A stretch of 64,000 bases of DNA from an uncultured Verrucomicrobiae bacterium (GTDB taxonomy: Bacteria; Verrucomicrobiota; Verrucomicrobiia; Chthoniobacterales; JAATET01). The notes below the pieces were generated by a model. That model had not been told where the DNA came from and did no database searches. It saw only the letters and a program-made list of their open reading frames with translations. Numbering within the stretch: position 1 is the stretch's first letter; each line of letters begins with the position of its first letter. The translations under genes and the position numbers were made by a program. The DNA lies in contig CAVRCI010000002.1 of the NCBI GenBank assembly GCA_963719495.1, positions 704,001-768,000 of the forward strand, in the 5' to 3' direction. This document shows, piece by piece, positions 35,316 to 47,726 of this stretch.

Positions 35316-36587
35316 ATGAAGGGACTGATTATCGAAAACGGTCGGGTGATCGATCCGGCGAGTGGGCGGGATGAGGTGGCGGACATCTTTGTTTCAGAAG
35401 GTCGGTTCGTGGCCGATCGCCCGGCGGACGCGGAGGTGATTGACGCAAAGGGACTCGTGGTCGCGCCGGGGTTGATTGATTTGCACGTGCATTTGCGCGA
35501 GCCGGGTCAGGCGCACAAGGAGACGATCGCCAGCGGGACGGCGGCGGCGGCGGCGGGTGGTTTCACGAGCGTGGTTTGCATGCCGAATACGTCGCCGGTC
35601 GCGGACAGCCCGAGCACGATCAGTTGGATCCGTGAGAAGGCCGCGGAGACGGCGGTCGTGAACGTGTTCTGCACGGGCGCGATCACGCGGGGTCTGGCGG
35701 GTGAGGAATTGGCGCCGATCGGGTCGATGGCGAAGGCGGGCATCGTGGCGATCACGGACGACGGGCATTGCGTGCAGAGCCCCGAGATGATGCGACGGGC
35801 CTTGGAATACGCGCGGATGTTCGAGCTGCCGCTGTTCGATCACTGTCAGGATTATTCGTTGGTCGGTGATGGCGTGATGCACGAGGGCGATTGGAGCGTG
35901 CGGCTGGGGCTGCCGGGTTGGCCGCGAATTGGCGAAGAGCTGATCGTGGCCCGCAACGCGATGCTGGCGGAATTTTGCGACGCGCCGATTCATTGTCAGC
36001 ACCTGACTTCCGGTGGGAGCGTGCGGCTGCTGCGCGAGGCGCGCGGGCGGGGGGTGAAGATCTCCGGCGAAGTCTGTCCGCATCACATCATTCTGACCGA
36101 CGAGCTGCTGGCGGGCTACGACTCGAATTACAAGATGAACCCGCCGCTGCGGACGGAGGCCGACATCGATCTGCTGATCGAGGGCGTGTCGGATGGGACG
36201 ATCAACATTCTGGCCAGCGATCACGCGCCGCACGCCGACTACGAGAAGGAGGTCGAGCTCGACCAGGCTCCGTTTGGGATTCTTGGGCTGGAGACCGAGT
36301 TTGGGTTGTTCTGCGACACGCTGGTGCATCGGCGGAAGGCGATTGATTTGTCACGCTTGATTGCGCTGCTGACGGTCGAGCCAGCGAAGTTGCTGCGGCT
36401 TGATCGTGGGACGCTCGCGGTCGGCGCGCCGGGGGATGTGACGTTGATCGATCCGGATCTCGAGTGGACCGTCGATAAACACGCGTCGTCGTCGCTCTCG
36501 CGGAACACGCCGTTTCACGGTCGCGAGGTGAAGGGGCGGGCGGTGCGGACTATCGTGGGTGGGGCGACGGTCTGGGAGCTGGATTAG
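35316..36587 (+). CDS. pyrC: Dihydroorotase
   Basis: DLHVHLREPG, MPNT, KMNPPLR, SDHAPH. Confidence 0.95.
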   Translation: MKGLIIENGRVIDPASGRDEVADIFVSEGRFVADRPADAEVIDAKGLVVAPGLIDLHVHLREPGQAHKETIASGTAAAAAGGFTSVVCMPNTSPVADSPSTISWIREKAAETAVVNVFCTGAITRGLAGEELAPIGSMAKAGIVAITDDGHCVQSPEMMRRALEYARMFELPLFDHCQDYSLVGDGVMHEGDWSVRLGLPGWPRIGEELIVARNAMLAEFCDAPIHCQHLTSGGSVRLLREARGRGVKISGEVCPHHIILTDELLAGYDSNYKMNPPLRTEADIDLLIEGVSDGTINILASDHAPHADYEKEVELDQAPFGILGLETEFGLFCDTLVHRRKAIDLSRLIALLTVEPAKLLRLDRGTLAVGAPGDVTLIDPDLEWTVDKHASSSLSRNTPFHGREVKGRAVRTIVGGATVWELD

Positions 36588-36761
36588 TTTGACGGTGATG
36601 GCGGGGGTGCAGATTCAGGTGGGATGGAGGGTGCGACGATCAAGTGGGGAGAGGGCGTCTCGCCCTCTCGATTCATTCGTGAGGACGAGACGTCCTCACC
36701 CCGTTTTCGTGGGGTTACTGCTTTTTCGCGAACCGACTTTCAGCCGTTTTTGGTTTGCTGA

Positions 36762-37919
<1,158 letters not shown>

Positions 37920-38068
37920 CGGGAATGCGAATACGGTTTGGAACAGAAGGTCGCTAAGGACGCAAAGGAATACAGAAGAATACGGGATTCAAAGGGGGTG
38001 AGATCGGGCGGAGCCCGGCCTCACCTTTTGCGAGCTTTGGGCTCTTCTGTTCCAAGCGCATTGAATTT

Positions 38069-38773
38069 TTATCCGCCCCAGCGACCGTCGACGCTGATCT
38101 GGCGGGTGGTGGAGATGTGGGAGTAGTCGGTCTTACCGATGGCACCGATCATTTTTTTGCCCGTGGCTTTTTTCCAGGCGGAGCTGAAGCTCTCGCCGGT
38201 GTGGCAGCCCCAGCTTTTGACGAAGGCGTCTTTAGTGAAGATCCCGCGGCGGATGCCTTTGAGTTCGTCTTCGTGGAGCCAGGCCTTCGAGGCGCTGTCG
38301 ATCTGGTTGCTGTAGTCGAACATGAAGCACTTGCTGTTCGAGTGGCCGAAGAACTCGAAATTGGCGATTTTGACCTGATTGCGGGGCAGACCGCCGTTGA
38401 GGTAGCCGATGACCTGGGATCCCTCGTCGAACCAGACGAGGTTGACGCCGTATTTGTCGCGGACCGAGGTGATGTTCGAGATGATCGCGGGTTCGTTCAT
38501 GCGGTTGGCGCGGCGGGTGTAGGCGGGGCGGTAGACGAGCCAGGTGATGCGGGCGTTGGGGCCGGCTTCCTTGCGGAGTTCTTCGATCCGCATGCGGGCG
38601 GAGCGGATGAAATTGCCCCACCATTGGTCGTGCGGGGCGGCTTTGTATTTCTCCCATTCGTGGAGCGACGGCCCGCCGCTGAGGAGGATGTATTCCCTGT
38701 CGGCGGTCGCGGCGTGGGCAAGCGGGGCGGCGAAGGTGAGGAGAAAAAGGAGTGCGGTGAGTCGGGCGCGCAT
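38069..38773 (-). CDS. Secreted hypothetical protein, possible caspase/CHAT-like His-Cys motifs
   Basis: Signal peptide; FFGHS and SWGCHTG. Confidence 0.65.
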   Translation of the reverse strand: MRARLTALLFLLTFAAPLAHAATADREYILLSGGPSLHEWEKYKAAPHDQWWGNFIRSARMRIEELRKEAGPNARITWLVYRPAYTRRANRMNEPAIISNITSVRDKYGVNLVWFDEGSQVIGYLNGGLPRNQVKIANFEFFGHSNSKCFMFDYSNQIDSASKAWLHEDELKGIRRGIFTKDAFVKSWGCHTGESFSSAWKKATGKKMIGAIGKTDYSHISTTRQISVDGRWGG

Positions 38774-38824
38774 GGTGGGCGTGGGAGTGTTGTTGGTTGT
38801 TAGTTATTGGTTATTGGGGATTCG

Positions 38825-39541
38825 TCAATTGAGAGATTTGAGAAAGGCGGGACGATCGGTGGTGATACCATCGACGCCGAGGGCGCGGCAGTAGAACGCG
38901 GAGCGGCGGTCGTTCACGGTGAAGACGTAGATGATTTTGGATTTCAGACTTTGGATTTTGGATTGGGTGAGGTTGCGGGTGTAGCGGAGATCGACGCCGT
39001 CGAGGTTGGCGGCTTCGAGGCGGGGTGGAAGGTCGGGCGGGATTTCGTCGAGCAACCAGAGAGCCGGGTGGCTCGGGAAGCGGGCTTTGGTGGCGGCGAT
39101 GAGGTCGTGGTCGAAGGCGATGAAGGTGGGCTGGACGTCGGGGCGGGTCGCGACGGCGGCGGCGATGGGGGCGAGGAGTTCGGCGCCTTCCTTGAGTTCG
39201 AGGACGACGCGGGAGCAGGGCGGGCAGATGGCGAGGACCTCGGCGAGGGTCGGGATCTGGGGCGCGCGGACGCGGAGGTCGGCGAGGGTGAGGGCGCCGA
39301 GGCGCCCAAAGACGCCGGTCGTGCGGGTGAGGGTGGGGTCGTGGAGCGCGACGACTTCGCCGTCGGCGGTGAGGCGGAGGTCGGTCTCGATGGCGTCGGC
39401 TCCGTGGCGCCAGGCGAGGGTGAAGGCGGCGAGGGTGTTTTCCGGCGCGTGGGCCGAGGCTCCGCGATGGGCGATGATGAGGGGGGTAGGCTTGGGGGGT
39501 GGTGTTGGTTTTTGGTGATTGGTTATTGGTGGGGGGATCAC
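38825..39541 (-). CDS. Glycerophosphodiester phosphodiesterase
   Basis: IAHRGAS..PENT, ETDLR, HD, ELK, FTVN, GITTD. Confidence 0.9.
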   Translation of the reverse strand: MIPPPITNHQKPTPPPKPTPLIIAHRGASAHAPENTLAAFTLAWRHGADAIETDLRLTADGEVVALHDPTLTRTTGVFGRLGALTLADLRVRAPQIPTLAEVLAICPPCSRVVLELKEGAELLAPIAAAVATRPDVQPTFIAFDHDLIAATKARFPSHPALWLLDEIPPDLPPRLEAANLDGVDLRYTRNLTQSKIQSLKSKIIYVFTVNDRRSAFYCRALGVDGITTDRPAFLKSLN

Positions 39542-39637
39542 GGATCGAGTGACGTTTGGGGCTGGCGAGAGTCGATGGGTGAGGTGAGAAGCCAGAGATG
39601 TTTCGCTTCGCTCAACATGACAAGCGGGGTTTGAGGT

Positions 39638-40796
39638 TAGGGTCTTTCGTTATGAGGACTCAAGAGGCAAGGATGTTGAAGGTGGCCCGAGGGTTGGAAT
39701 CGAGAAGTTCGCGGATTTGAGAGAGAGAGTGGTCGGGGAAAGTGTCGGCGAGTCGGGCGAGCAGGGCGCTGCGCAGAAGGGCGAGGTTGGCCAGGGCGTT
39801 GGGGTTGCGGGCGCGGTCCTCGCCCAGGAGGGCGTCGCGGCGCCAGTGGTTGCGGATCTCGACTCGGGCCCAGTGACCGCGAATGAGGTCGAGCCATTGG
39901 GTGCTGGTGTAATGTTCCGGCGGGGCGCTGGAGAGGTAGTCGCGGGTTTCGGTGGAGGTGGCGGCGGATTTTTTCAGGGTTTGCTCGCAGCGCTGGGTGC
40001 CTTCTTTCTGGTCGTAGACGGCGATGGCTTGGGGGGAGCCGTCTTCGTGCTGGGCGAGGGTCACTCCACCCGGCGCGGTGATGAGCGCACCCCGGCACTC
40101 GGGCGGCAACTCGCAGGCCCGCAGCCGCGCGCGGTCCCCGACCTCCAACTCTCGCAGCCAGAGCTTTTTAGGACGCTCGTTGGGGATGTAGAAATCCGCC
40201 CGGTGCCGACTGTATCCCGCGCTCATTCCCACCGCCTCCCAGTTGCTGGCCACAATAACAGGTGCCCGCGTGGCTCTCCGGGTCGGTGAAACTTTCCGCC
40301 AAAAGCGGCCGGTAGCCAAAGCGCTCCAGCCATTGTCCTGGCAAGGCTCTCAACGCCGCTCCCATCGCCGCGCTGGCCAGATTGGGCTCCTGGCCCTTGG
40401 CCGCGAGCACCAGAAAGCGGCGGTTCTGCACGATCAACTTGAGCCGTTCCACGCGATGCGGCGAGCTCGAGCCAATCCACAGATCCCGATCCTTGAGCGC
40501 GTAGCAGCTCGGTCCCCACACCAGTAGGGCCACCGCCCGCCCTTCGATCTCCACAATCTGCCGCCGGCTATCACCCACCGTTCGCCCCGCTCCCAAGTGA
40601 TGATGCTCCCTTAAACTCTCGTCAAAACTGGCCACTTCTTCCGCCGTGGCCACTCGGGCTTCCAACTTCTGCCGCTTCTCCGATGGTGTTGTGTCTTTCC
40701 TCCCACTTCATCCCATCGGCATTCGCCCTTTTTGTTTACCAAAAAAATACCTCCCCTCTACCTCAACTACTTACTTCCTCAGAAAAATAGACCCTG
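39638..40796 (-). mobile_element. Decayed, internally deleted ISAs1-family element with DUF4338-like domain
   Basis: Ends CAGGGTCTATTTTTCTGAG and TAGGGTCTTTCGTTATGAG; fragments NRRFLV..PNLAS..ESFTDP and IRGHW..EIRNHWRRD across frameshifts. Confidence 0.8.
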
Positions 40797-40917
40797 CCCC
40801 GATTGACGGATCGGCTTAAGAAATCGGCTTAAGAAAGCGTTGTCGACTCGGAAGAAACCTGCTATTTCCCACCGCTGCGGGGGTGGACACGGGTCTGGCT
40901 TGGCGGGCGGAACGGAC

Positions 40918-43833
40918 ATGTTGGCTTCTTCTTTCAAAGGTTGGTTTTACCGGTGGTTGGTGCTCCACCTCCTGGTTTTCGTGGCGCTGGCGGCGACATT
41001 TCCGCTGGTCGGTCAGGGGATCGTCGGCTCGATGGCGGTGGCGTTTTTCATCACGATGGGATTCGGGACAGTCAGTTGGCGGGCCATGCGGGCCGAGGCG
41101 GCGATTCGGGCCTCGGTCGAGGCCGCCCGGTTGGCGGAAAGCCGCTGGACCCGACTCGTCGAAGCGCTCGGTCAGGCGGTCTATCACCACGACCTGATCC
41201 GCGACGAAATCGTCTACTCGGGAGAGACGGTCACTTTGTGCAATCGCACCCTCGGTGAGATGGAACGCAATACGGCCGAGTGGCTGGCGACGATCCACCC
41301 GGACGATCGGGAGGCGGTGGGCGAGCGATTCGAGCGCGCGAAACGCGAAGGCGGTTTGTTCGAAGCCGAGTATCGCATCCGCGAGCGGGACGCGACGGCC
41401 TACCGACTGACCCTCGATCGGGGGATCATTTCGCAATCGGCTTCGGGTGAGCCGCTCGCGATGGACGGTGTGGTCATGGACATCGAACAGGGACGTCGGG
41501 ACGAGGAGCGCTTCCGCACCCTCTTCGAACAGTCGACGACACCGCACTTTCTCGTTGGGCAGGACGGCGTCTTCGAATGCAACGGCGCGTCGTTGGCGAT
41601 GTTGGGCTTGAAGGACAAGAGCGTGCTGATCGGTCGGGATCTCAGGCGATTCTGGCCGGAGCGGCAACCCGATGGTCGAACGACGGAATCGGTCGTGCAT
41701 CGGATGACGGAATCCGTCTACCGGGGGCAGCCGGCCACTGCCGAAATCGTCAAAGTCGCCGCGACGGGCGAGCACATCCCGGTGCAGGTCACCATGTCGG
41801 CGGTGCAACTCGGCGACGAGGAGGCGATGCTGGTCGTCTGGCACGATTTGCGCGAAGCAAAACGGGCGCAGTCGCGGTTGGCAGCCAGCGAACTCCAGTA
41901 TCGGGAGCTGGTCGAGAACCTGCACCAGATTGTCTATCAGGTCGACGTCGAGGGGAATTGGACTTATCTCAACTCCGCTTGGGAGCGCATCACCGGGTTC
42001 ACGGTGGCCGAAGCGCTGGGCGAGAGTTTCGAAGATTTCGTCTGCCGGGAGGATTTGCCGGCCATTCAGAGACTTCGGGAATTGGAGCTGGGTGGCGACG
42101 AGGGGACGCATCGTTTCGAGATGCGGCTGCGATCCCGCTCGGGTCGCTGGCGGCAGGTGGAGGGCTACTGCCGCCCGCTACGCAACGAAGGCGGCGTCGT
42201 GATCGGAACGAGTGGATTACTGACGGATGAGACCGAGCGCCTCCAAACCCAGCGTGAACTCCGTCTCGCCAAGGAGGCCGCCGAACGGGCGAGCCGGGCC
42301 AAGGGGGAATTCCTCGCCGTGATGAGCCACGAGATCCGCACACCGCTCAATGGCGTCCTGGGATTCGCGAGCCTGCTCGGGCAAACCCGGCTCGATGCCG
42401 GGCAGAAGGAGTATCTGCAGACGATCAGCGCGTGCGGGGATTCGCTGCTGACTTTGATCGACGACATTCTGGATTTCTCGCGGATGGAATCCGGGCGGCT
42501 GGAACTCGAGCACCGCCCGCTGCCGCTGCGCGAATGCGTCGCGGGGATCGTCGACGTGCATTCGCACCGCGCCAACGAAAAGGGGATCGAGCTGGTGGCG
42601 GGATTCGCCGAGGATTTCCCCGGGGAGATCGAGGGCGATGTCACGCGATTGCGCCAGGTGCTTTCGAATTTGGTGGGGAATGCGATCAAGTTCACCGACG
42701 ACGGGCACGTGGCCGTGCATGGTCGGCTCGTCTCCCGGGCGGGTGATCGGGTCACTCTCGCATTTCGCGTGTCGGATAGCGGCGTCGGGATCCCGGCGGA
42801 CCAGGTGGGGAAATTGTTTCACCCGTTCGTTCAGGCCGACGCGTCCACGTCGCGGCGCTACGGCGGGACGGGCCTCGGGCTGGCGATTTGCCGACGTTTG
42901 ACCGAGGCGATGGGTGGAGAGATTCGCGTGGAAAGCGTCTTTGGGCAGGGAACGGCGATGGAGTTTACGATCGTCGCCCGCGAGACCAAGTCGGCGCCGA
43001 AGAGCCCGACCTGGCCGGGACGGCGCGTCCTGATCGTGGACCGTAGTGAGGTGTCCCGCCGGAGCCTGACGGAGATCTTCGCGGCCGCGGACGTTGTCGC
43101 CGTCGAGTGCCCGACCGCCCGTTCCGCGCTCACCTGGTTGGAAAGCGGCACGCGGATCGACTTGGTGCTGCTCGGGGCGATGCCCGACGACAGAGAGGTC
43201 GGGGGGGAAATCGAGATCACGAAGCGGGCGGGCGAATTGGGTGTCGACGTCCTTTTGATGATGCCATCCAGCGGCCGGGCGGCGGGACTGCCGAAGGACC
43301 TTCCGGGCGAGAGTGGGCGCGTCGGGAAGCCGATTCATCTGCCGGCGCTGTGGCGGTCCGTGGACCGGATCTTTTCCGACGGAACTTCGGAGCCCGAGGG
43401 AGAAAGTCCCGAGTCCGTTGGAGTCGAAGATGCCCGGACGGGGCGGGACCTGGCGGTTCTCCTGGTCGAGGACAATGCCGTGAACACCAAACTCATGTTG
43501 AGAATGCTGGCGATGCTGGGGTTTCCGGCGGATCACGCGGCGGACGGCGAAGCGAGCCTGCGCTGCTGCGAAGAAAGGACCTACGGGCTCGTGCTCATGG
43601 ACGTCCAGCTGCCGGGCATGGACGGCATCGAAGCGACGCGGCGCCTGCGGGCGAAGGGATTTGCGGGCACGATCATCGCGCTCACGGCGCACGCCATGCC
43701 CGAGGATCGCGAGCGCTGCCTCGAAGCCGGGATGAACGATTACTTGACGAAGCCCGTGCAGCTGGGGCGGCTGCGGGAGGCGCTCGGTGTGGCGGTGCCG
43801 GGGGTGCCGGGGTTGCCGGGGTTGCCGGGCTGA
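40918..43833 (+). CDS. Hybrid sensor histidine kinase (TM, PAS domains, HisKA, HATPase, receiver)
   Basis: MSHEIRTPLNG, NAIKFT, GGTGLGL, LMDVQLP. Confidence 0.93.
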   Translation: MLASSFKGWFYRWLVLHLLVFVALAATFPLVGQGIVGSMAVAFFITMGFGTVSWRAMRAEAAIRASVEAARLAESRWTRLVEALGQAVYHHDLIRDEIVYSGETVTLCNRTLGEMERNTAEWLATIHPDDREAVGERFERAKREGGLFEAEYRIRERDATAYRLTLDRGIISQSASGEPLAMDGVVMDIEQGRRDEERFRTLFEQSTTPHFLVGQDGVFECNGASLAMLGLKDKSVLIGRDLRRFWPERQPDGRTTESVVHRMTESVYRGQPATAEIVKVAATGEHIPVQVTMSAVQLGDEEAMLVVWHDLREAKRAQSRLAASELQYRELVENLHQIVYQVDVEGNWTYLNSAWERITGFTVAEALGESFEDFVCREDLPAIQRLRELELGGDEGTHRFEMRLRSRSGRWRQVEGYCRPLRNEGGVVIGTSGLLTDETERLQTQRELRLAKEAAERASRAKGEFLAVMSHEIRTPLNGVLGFASLLGQTRLDAGQKEYLQTISACGDSLLTLIDDILDFSRMESGRLELEHRPLPLRECVAGIVDVHSHRANEKGIELVAGFAEDFPGEIEGDVTRLRQVLSNLVGNAIKFTDDGHVAVHGRLVSRAGDRVTLAFRVSDSGVGIPADQVGKLFHPFVQADASTSRRYGGTGLGLAICRRLTEAMGGEIRVESVFGQGTAMEFTIVARETKSAPKSPTWPGRRVLIVDRSEVSRRSLTEIFAAADVVAVECPTARSALTWLESGTRIDLVLLGAMPDDREVGGEIEITKRAGELGVDVLLMMPSSGRAAGLPKDLPGESGRVGKPIHLPALWRSVDRIFSDGTSEPEGESPESVGVEDARTGRDLAVLLVEDNAVNTKLMLRMLAMLGFPADHAADGEASLRCCEERTYGLVLMDVQLPGMDGIEATRRLRAKGFAGTIIALTAHAMPEDRERCLEAGMNDYLTKPVQLGRLREALGVAVPGVPGLPGLPG

Positions 43834-44046
43834 AGGTAGGGCGGCGGCGCCGCGGGTGCCGATTTTGGTTATGGGTTGCGCTGGGTGAGGGCGGGGTCCC
43901 GGTATGCTCGGGTGGTCTGGCGGGACGGCGAGCGTTCCGGATGATCGGGCGCTCTGGGAGATGGTCACGGAACCCGGCGGCGCGGCTTCCCTACCTATTT
44001 TGGACGCGGGCGCGGCTTCTTCGCGGCTTTGGACGTAGAGGGTGCT

Positions 44047-45090
44047 ATGAATGATCGGGATCGACAGGCGGGAGCGGCTTGGGGTGCGTTGATCGGGGAT
44101 GCGGTGGCGATGCCGGGGCACTGGTATTACGACCGGGCGGCGCTCCGCCGTGATTACGGGGAGCTGCGGGGCTTCGTGGCTCCGCGGAATCCGCACCCGG
44201 ACAGCATCCTCTGGCGGTCGGAATACACGGCGCTCAACGAGCGGGGTGAGATTCTGCACGATCAGGCCCGCTATTGGGGGCACCGCGGGGTGCATTACCA
44301 CCAATTTCTGGCGGCCGGGGAAAATACGCTCAATTTCCAACTCACGCGGCTACTCGTCGAATCGCTACGGGCCGAGGGCAACTACGACGCGGACGATTAT
44401 CTCGCGCGCTACGTCGACTTCATGCTCACGCCGGGCTCCCATCGCGACACCTACGCCGAGGAATATCACCGCAAATTCTTCGCCGCCCACGCGCGCGGGA
44501 AAAAGCCTCGGAAGTGCGCCGGGACCGACGTTCACATCGGCGGTCTGGCGCACGTCGGCGTGCTGGCGGCGTATTTCGGATCGGACGAGGCGGGGGCCCG
44601 GGCGGCGGTGCGGGAGCACATCGAGCTCACGCACCGGAGCGACGACGTCGTGCGGGCTGGCGACGCGCTGACCCGGATGCTGGTGAGCGTCTTCGGGGGC
44701 GGCGACCTTCGGGCGGCCATCCTGGAGTTTGGATCGGACTGGATCTCGGGGCGCAAAACGGAGGCCTGGTCGCGCGAACCGGACGACCTCGTCATCGGGC
44801 GGCGGCTGAGCCCGGCGTGCTACATCGACGACGCGTTCCCGGCGGCGCTGTATCTGGCTTGGAAGTACGCTGCGGACTTCGAGGACGGCGTCGTCGCGAA
44901 CGCCATGGTCGGCGGGGATAATTGCCACCGGGCTGGCGTGCTTGGAGCGCTGCTGGGTGCGGCGGCGGGGGCGGAGGGAATTCCGCCGCGGTTCCGGGAC
45001 GGGCTGGTGGCTCGTGAGTGGGTCGGGGCCTCAACGCGGAATGATTTTGGCCGCAAAAAGGCGCAAGAATCGGGAAAGGATTCGGTCTGA
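44047..45090 (+). CDS. ADP-ribosylglycohydrolase family protein
   Basis: GALIGDAVAMP, LTH, GGDNCHRAGVLGALLGA. Confidence 0.85.
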   Translation: MNDRDRQAGAAWGALIGDAVAMPGHWYYDRAALRRDYGELRGFVAPRNPHPDSILWRSEYTALNERGEILHDQARYWGHRGVHYHQFLAAGENTLNFQLTRLLVESLRAEGNYDADDYLARYVDFMLTPGSHRDTYAEEYHRKFFAAHARGKKPRKCAGTDVHIGGLAHVGVLAAYFGSDEAGARAAVREHIELTHRSDDVVRAGDALTRMLVSVFGGGDLRAAILEFGSDWISGRKTEAWSREPDDLVIGRRLSPACYIDDAFPAALYLAWKYAADFEDGVVANAMVGGDNCHRAGVLGALLGAAAGAEGIPPRFRDGLVAREWVGASTRNDFGRKKAQESGKDSV

Positions 45091-45203
45091 AATCTCATCC
45101 TTTTTGAGCCTTCTGCGCCTTTTGCGGCCAACCACCTCCACAAAAAAGCGAAGGACGCTCACGCGCCCTTCGCTGATTCGTTCGCGCCGAATGACGGCGG
45201 AGC

Positions 45204-46400
45204 TTAGAGGTCCTCCAGCTTGGTGCCTTCCGACTTGGCCTGGTCGCCGTTCATCTCGCGCATGCGGGCGCGCAGGCGGTCGAGGCGGGCGGCCTGGTCG
45301 CTGAGCGACTGCTTGAGTTGGGTGCGGGCTTCTTCGCTGGCTTTGAGTTCAGCCGCGACCTTCTCGAGCTGTTTGGCGGCGGCGGCCTGCATTTCCTCGG
45401 CCTTCTGCTTGGCGGCGATGGCGGCTTCGCTCTGCTCACGGTAGAGGTTCAGATTCGTGGCGGTGGCCTCGGTCGACTTCTTTTCGGAAGAAGCGGCCTT
45501 CTCGTTGGCGGCCACCTTGGCGTTGGCCTCGGCGAGGGATCTTTTCATCGCCGCGGTCTGCGTGGTGAGTTCGTCCTTGGTCGATTTGAGCGATTTGATC
45601 TGGTCGGTCAGCTTATTGACCTGGTCGCGCATCGATGATTTTTCGCCGGAGAGATCCTTGATTTGAGCCTTCAGCTCGGTGTTGGTCTTCTCGAGCGCGG
45701 CCATTTTCTTGCTCGTCTGCTCGGTTTTTTTGCTCTCGGCGGTGAGGGCGGCTTTTGACTTGTCCAGGTCACCCTTCATGCCTTCGGAGGATTTGCGAAG
45801 CTCGGCGTTCTCCTTCTTGAGGGCGACGCGCTCGGCTGGGGCTTCGAGTTCGCCGCGGACGTTGTCGAGTTGCTTGTTGAGGGTGGCGACTTCCTTGAGC
45901 GCGCCGTCCATCTCGCTGCGGAACTTCCCGAGCATTTTGTAAGCTTCTTCGCCGGAAGAGAGCTGCTTGGTGAGGTCCTCGGCCTGCGCCTTGTATTTGG
46001 CCTCGCTGGCTTGGACGGTCTTCAACTCTTCCTCGACTTTCGAGAGGCGGCTCTGCATTTCGGCCTGCTCTCCGCGGCGGGAATCGAGCTCCTTGATCGC
46101 GAGATCGCGCTGGGCGAGGGCTTCCTCGACCTGCTTGCGAGCCTTGTCGAGCACGCCGACGAGGGAGTCGAAGCTGGCATCGATGCCGGTCGCGGTTGAA
46201 CTTTTCTCTTCGGCTTGCGGAGCCTCGGCGGGTTTGGCCTCCGCTTTTGGCGCGGGAGCCTCGGCCTTCTCGGCCGGGCTTTTTTCAGGCGCGGGAGTCT
46301 GCGCTTTCTCGTTCGCGGCGAGCGAGTTGGGGGCCAGTAGAGCGGTGGAGGCCAGCAGCGTGGCCCCGAAGATGAGGTTTTTTCGGAATGGGATTTTCAT
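45204..46400 (-). CDS. Secreted coiled-coil protein
   Basis: Signal peptide; K/E/A-rich heptad pattern. Confidence 0.75.
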   Translation of the reverse strand: MKIPFRKNLIFGATLLASTALLAPNSLAANEKAQTPAPEKSPAEKAEAPAPKAEAKPAEAPQAEEKSSTATGIDASFDSLVGVLDKARKQVEEALAQRDLAIKELDSRRGEQAEMQSRLSKVEEELKTVQASEAKYKAQAEDLTKQLSSGEEAYKMLGKFRSEMDGALKEVATLNKQLDNVRGELEAPAERVALKKENAELRKSSEGMKGDLDKSKAALTAESKKTEQTSKKMAALEKTNTELKAQIKDLSGEKSSMRDQVNKLTDQIKSLKSTKDELTTQTAAMKRSLAEANAKVAANEKAASSEKKSTEATATNLNLYREQSEAAIAAKQKAEEMQAAAAKQLEKVAAELKASEEARTQLKQSLSDQAARLDRLRARMREMNGDQAKSEGTKLEDL

Positions 46401-46556
46401 GGTTTTGAACGACCGAATGGTCGGGTAGACGCTACACAATATCCGGCGGCGTGAAAGGGGCTTTCGGAGGTGGGCGGGGTTTCGCAGGAAGGATCGGACG
46501 TCGGGCGGAAATTGCGCTGGTCAACGGGGAGGGGGGTTTCGCAGACTCCGCGCCTT

Positions 46557-47468
46557 ATGTCTGTTCTCGTTGTCGGTTCGATCGCCCTGGATACCATCAA
46601 AACCCCCGTCGAGGAGCACGCCGATCTCCTCGGCGGTTCGGCGTCCTACGCGGCCGTGGCGGCGAGTTTTTCCGCCCCGGTGAACTTCGTCGGCGTGGTC
46701 GGCGAGGATTTTCCAAAAGAGCACATCGAGCTGCTCGAGAGTCGCGACATCGACGTCGAGGGCCTGCAAATTGTTGCCGGAAAAACCTTCCGCTGGTCCG
46801 GCGAATACCTGTGGGATCTGAACACGCGGGAGACCCGCTCGGTCGAGTTGAACGTCTTCGAGAATTTCACCCCGACGCTGCCGGACGGCTACAAGGGAGC
46901 GAAGATCATCATGCTGGCCAACATCGGGCCGGAGCTGCAGCACCACGTGTTGGATCAGGCCACGGCGCCGGAGTTCGTGATCGCCGATACGATGGATCTC
47001 TGGATCGACATTGCGAAGGAGTCGTTGGTCAAGCTGGTTGGACGGGTGAACATGCTGATTCTCAACGACGGCGAAGCCCGCCAGCTCACCGGCGAGACCA
47101 GTCTCATCCGGGCGGGACGCAAGATCCGTAAAATGGGCGCGGAATACGTCGCCATTAAGAAGGGCGAGCACGGCTGCCTGCTCTTCGGCGAAGACAACTT
47201 CTTCAGCTGCCCGGCCTACCCGCTGGAAGACATCCACGACCCAACCGGGGCGGGGGACACGTACGCCGGCGGCGTGGCGGGCTTCCTGGCCAAGAGCGAC
47301 GAACCAGTGACGTTCGAGCGCCTGCGGCAGGCGGTGGTCTACGGCAGCGTGCTGGCCAGCTTCAACGTCGAGGCCTTCTCGCTCGAGCGTCTGAAAACGG
47401 TGACCGACGAGCAGATCGCCGACCGCTTCCGGACCTTCCGAATGCTGAGTCAGTTCGCGGAGATTTAG
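46557..47468 (+). CDS. PfkB-family sugar kinase
   Basis: GGSASY, DPTGAGDTYAGG. Confidence 0.9.
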   Translation: MSVLVVGSIALDTIKTPVEEHADLLGGSASYAAVAASFSAPVNFVGVVGEDFPKEHIELLESRDIDVEGLQIVAGKTFRWSGEYLWDLNTRETRSVELNVFENFTPTLPDGYKGAKIIMLANIGPELQHHVLDQATAPEFVIADTMDLWIDIAKESLVKLVGRVNMLILNDGEARQLTGETSLIRAGRKIRKMGAEYVAIKKGEHGCLLFGEDNFFSCPAYPLEDIHDPTGAGDTYAGGVAGFLAKSDEPVTFERLRQAVVYGSVLASFNVEAFSLERLKTVTDEQIADRFRTFRMLSQFAEI

Positions 47469-47726
47469 GCCTGCTGCGGCGGCGCGGACGGTCGATCTGA
47501 AAACGCGGAGGCGTTGGGAGGTTCTGAATAAGACAGGATTGACGGGATTTTCAGGATCGAGGAGCTCGTGCGGATTTTGCCTGTTCCCGGCTGAGGACCC
47601 TGAATTTTGCATGGTCAACGGGCCCCTTTCTCCGTAGATCGCCCCCTTATCGAAATGAAGTGTTCCCCGGGTGATTGGTTTTTCAGGTTGGGTTCCCGGG
47701 CTCGAATCGAGTCGACCCGTTAATCC

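Noticed and set aside
40810..40837. 13-bp tandem duplication ATCGGCTTAAGAA
   Set aside because: Only two copies and no supportable function
43792..43830. 9-bp repeat encoding VPGVPGLPGLPG
   Set aside because: Low-complexity C-terminal slippage
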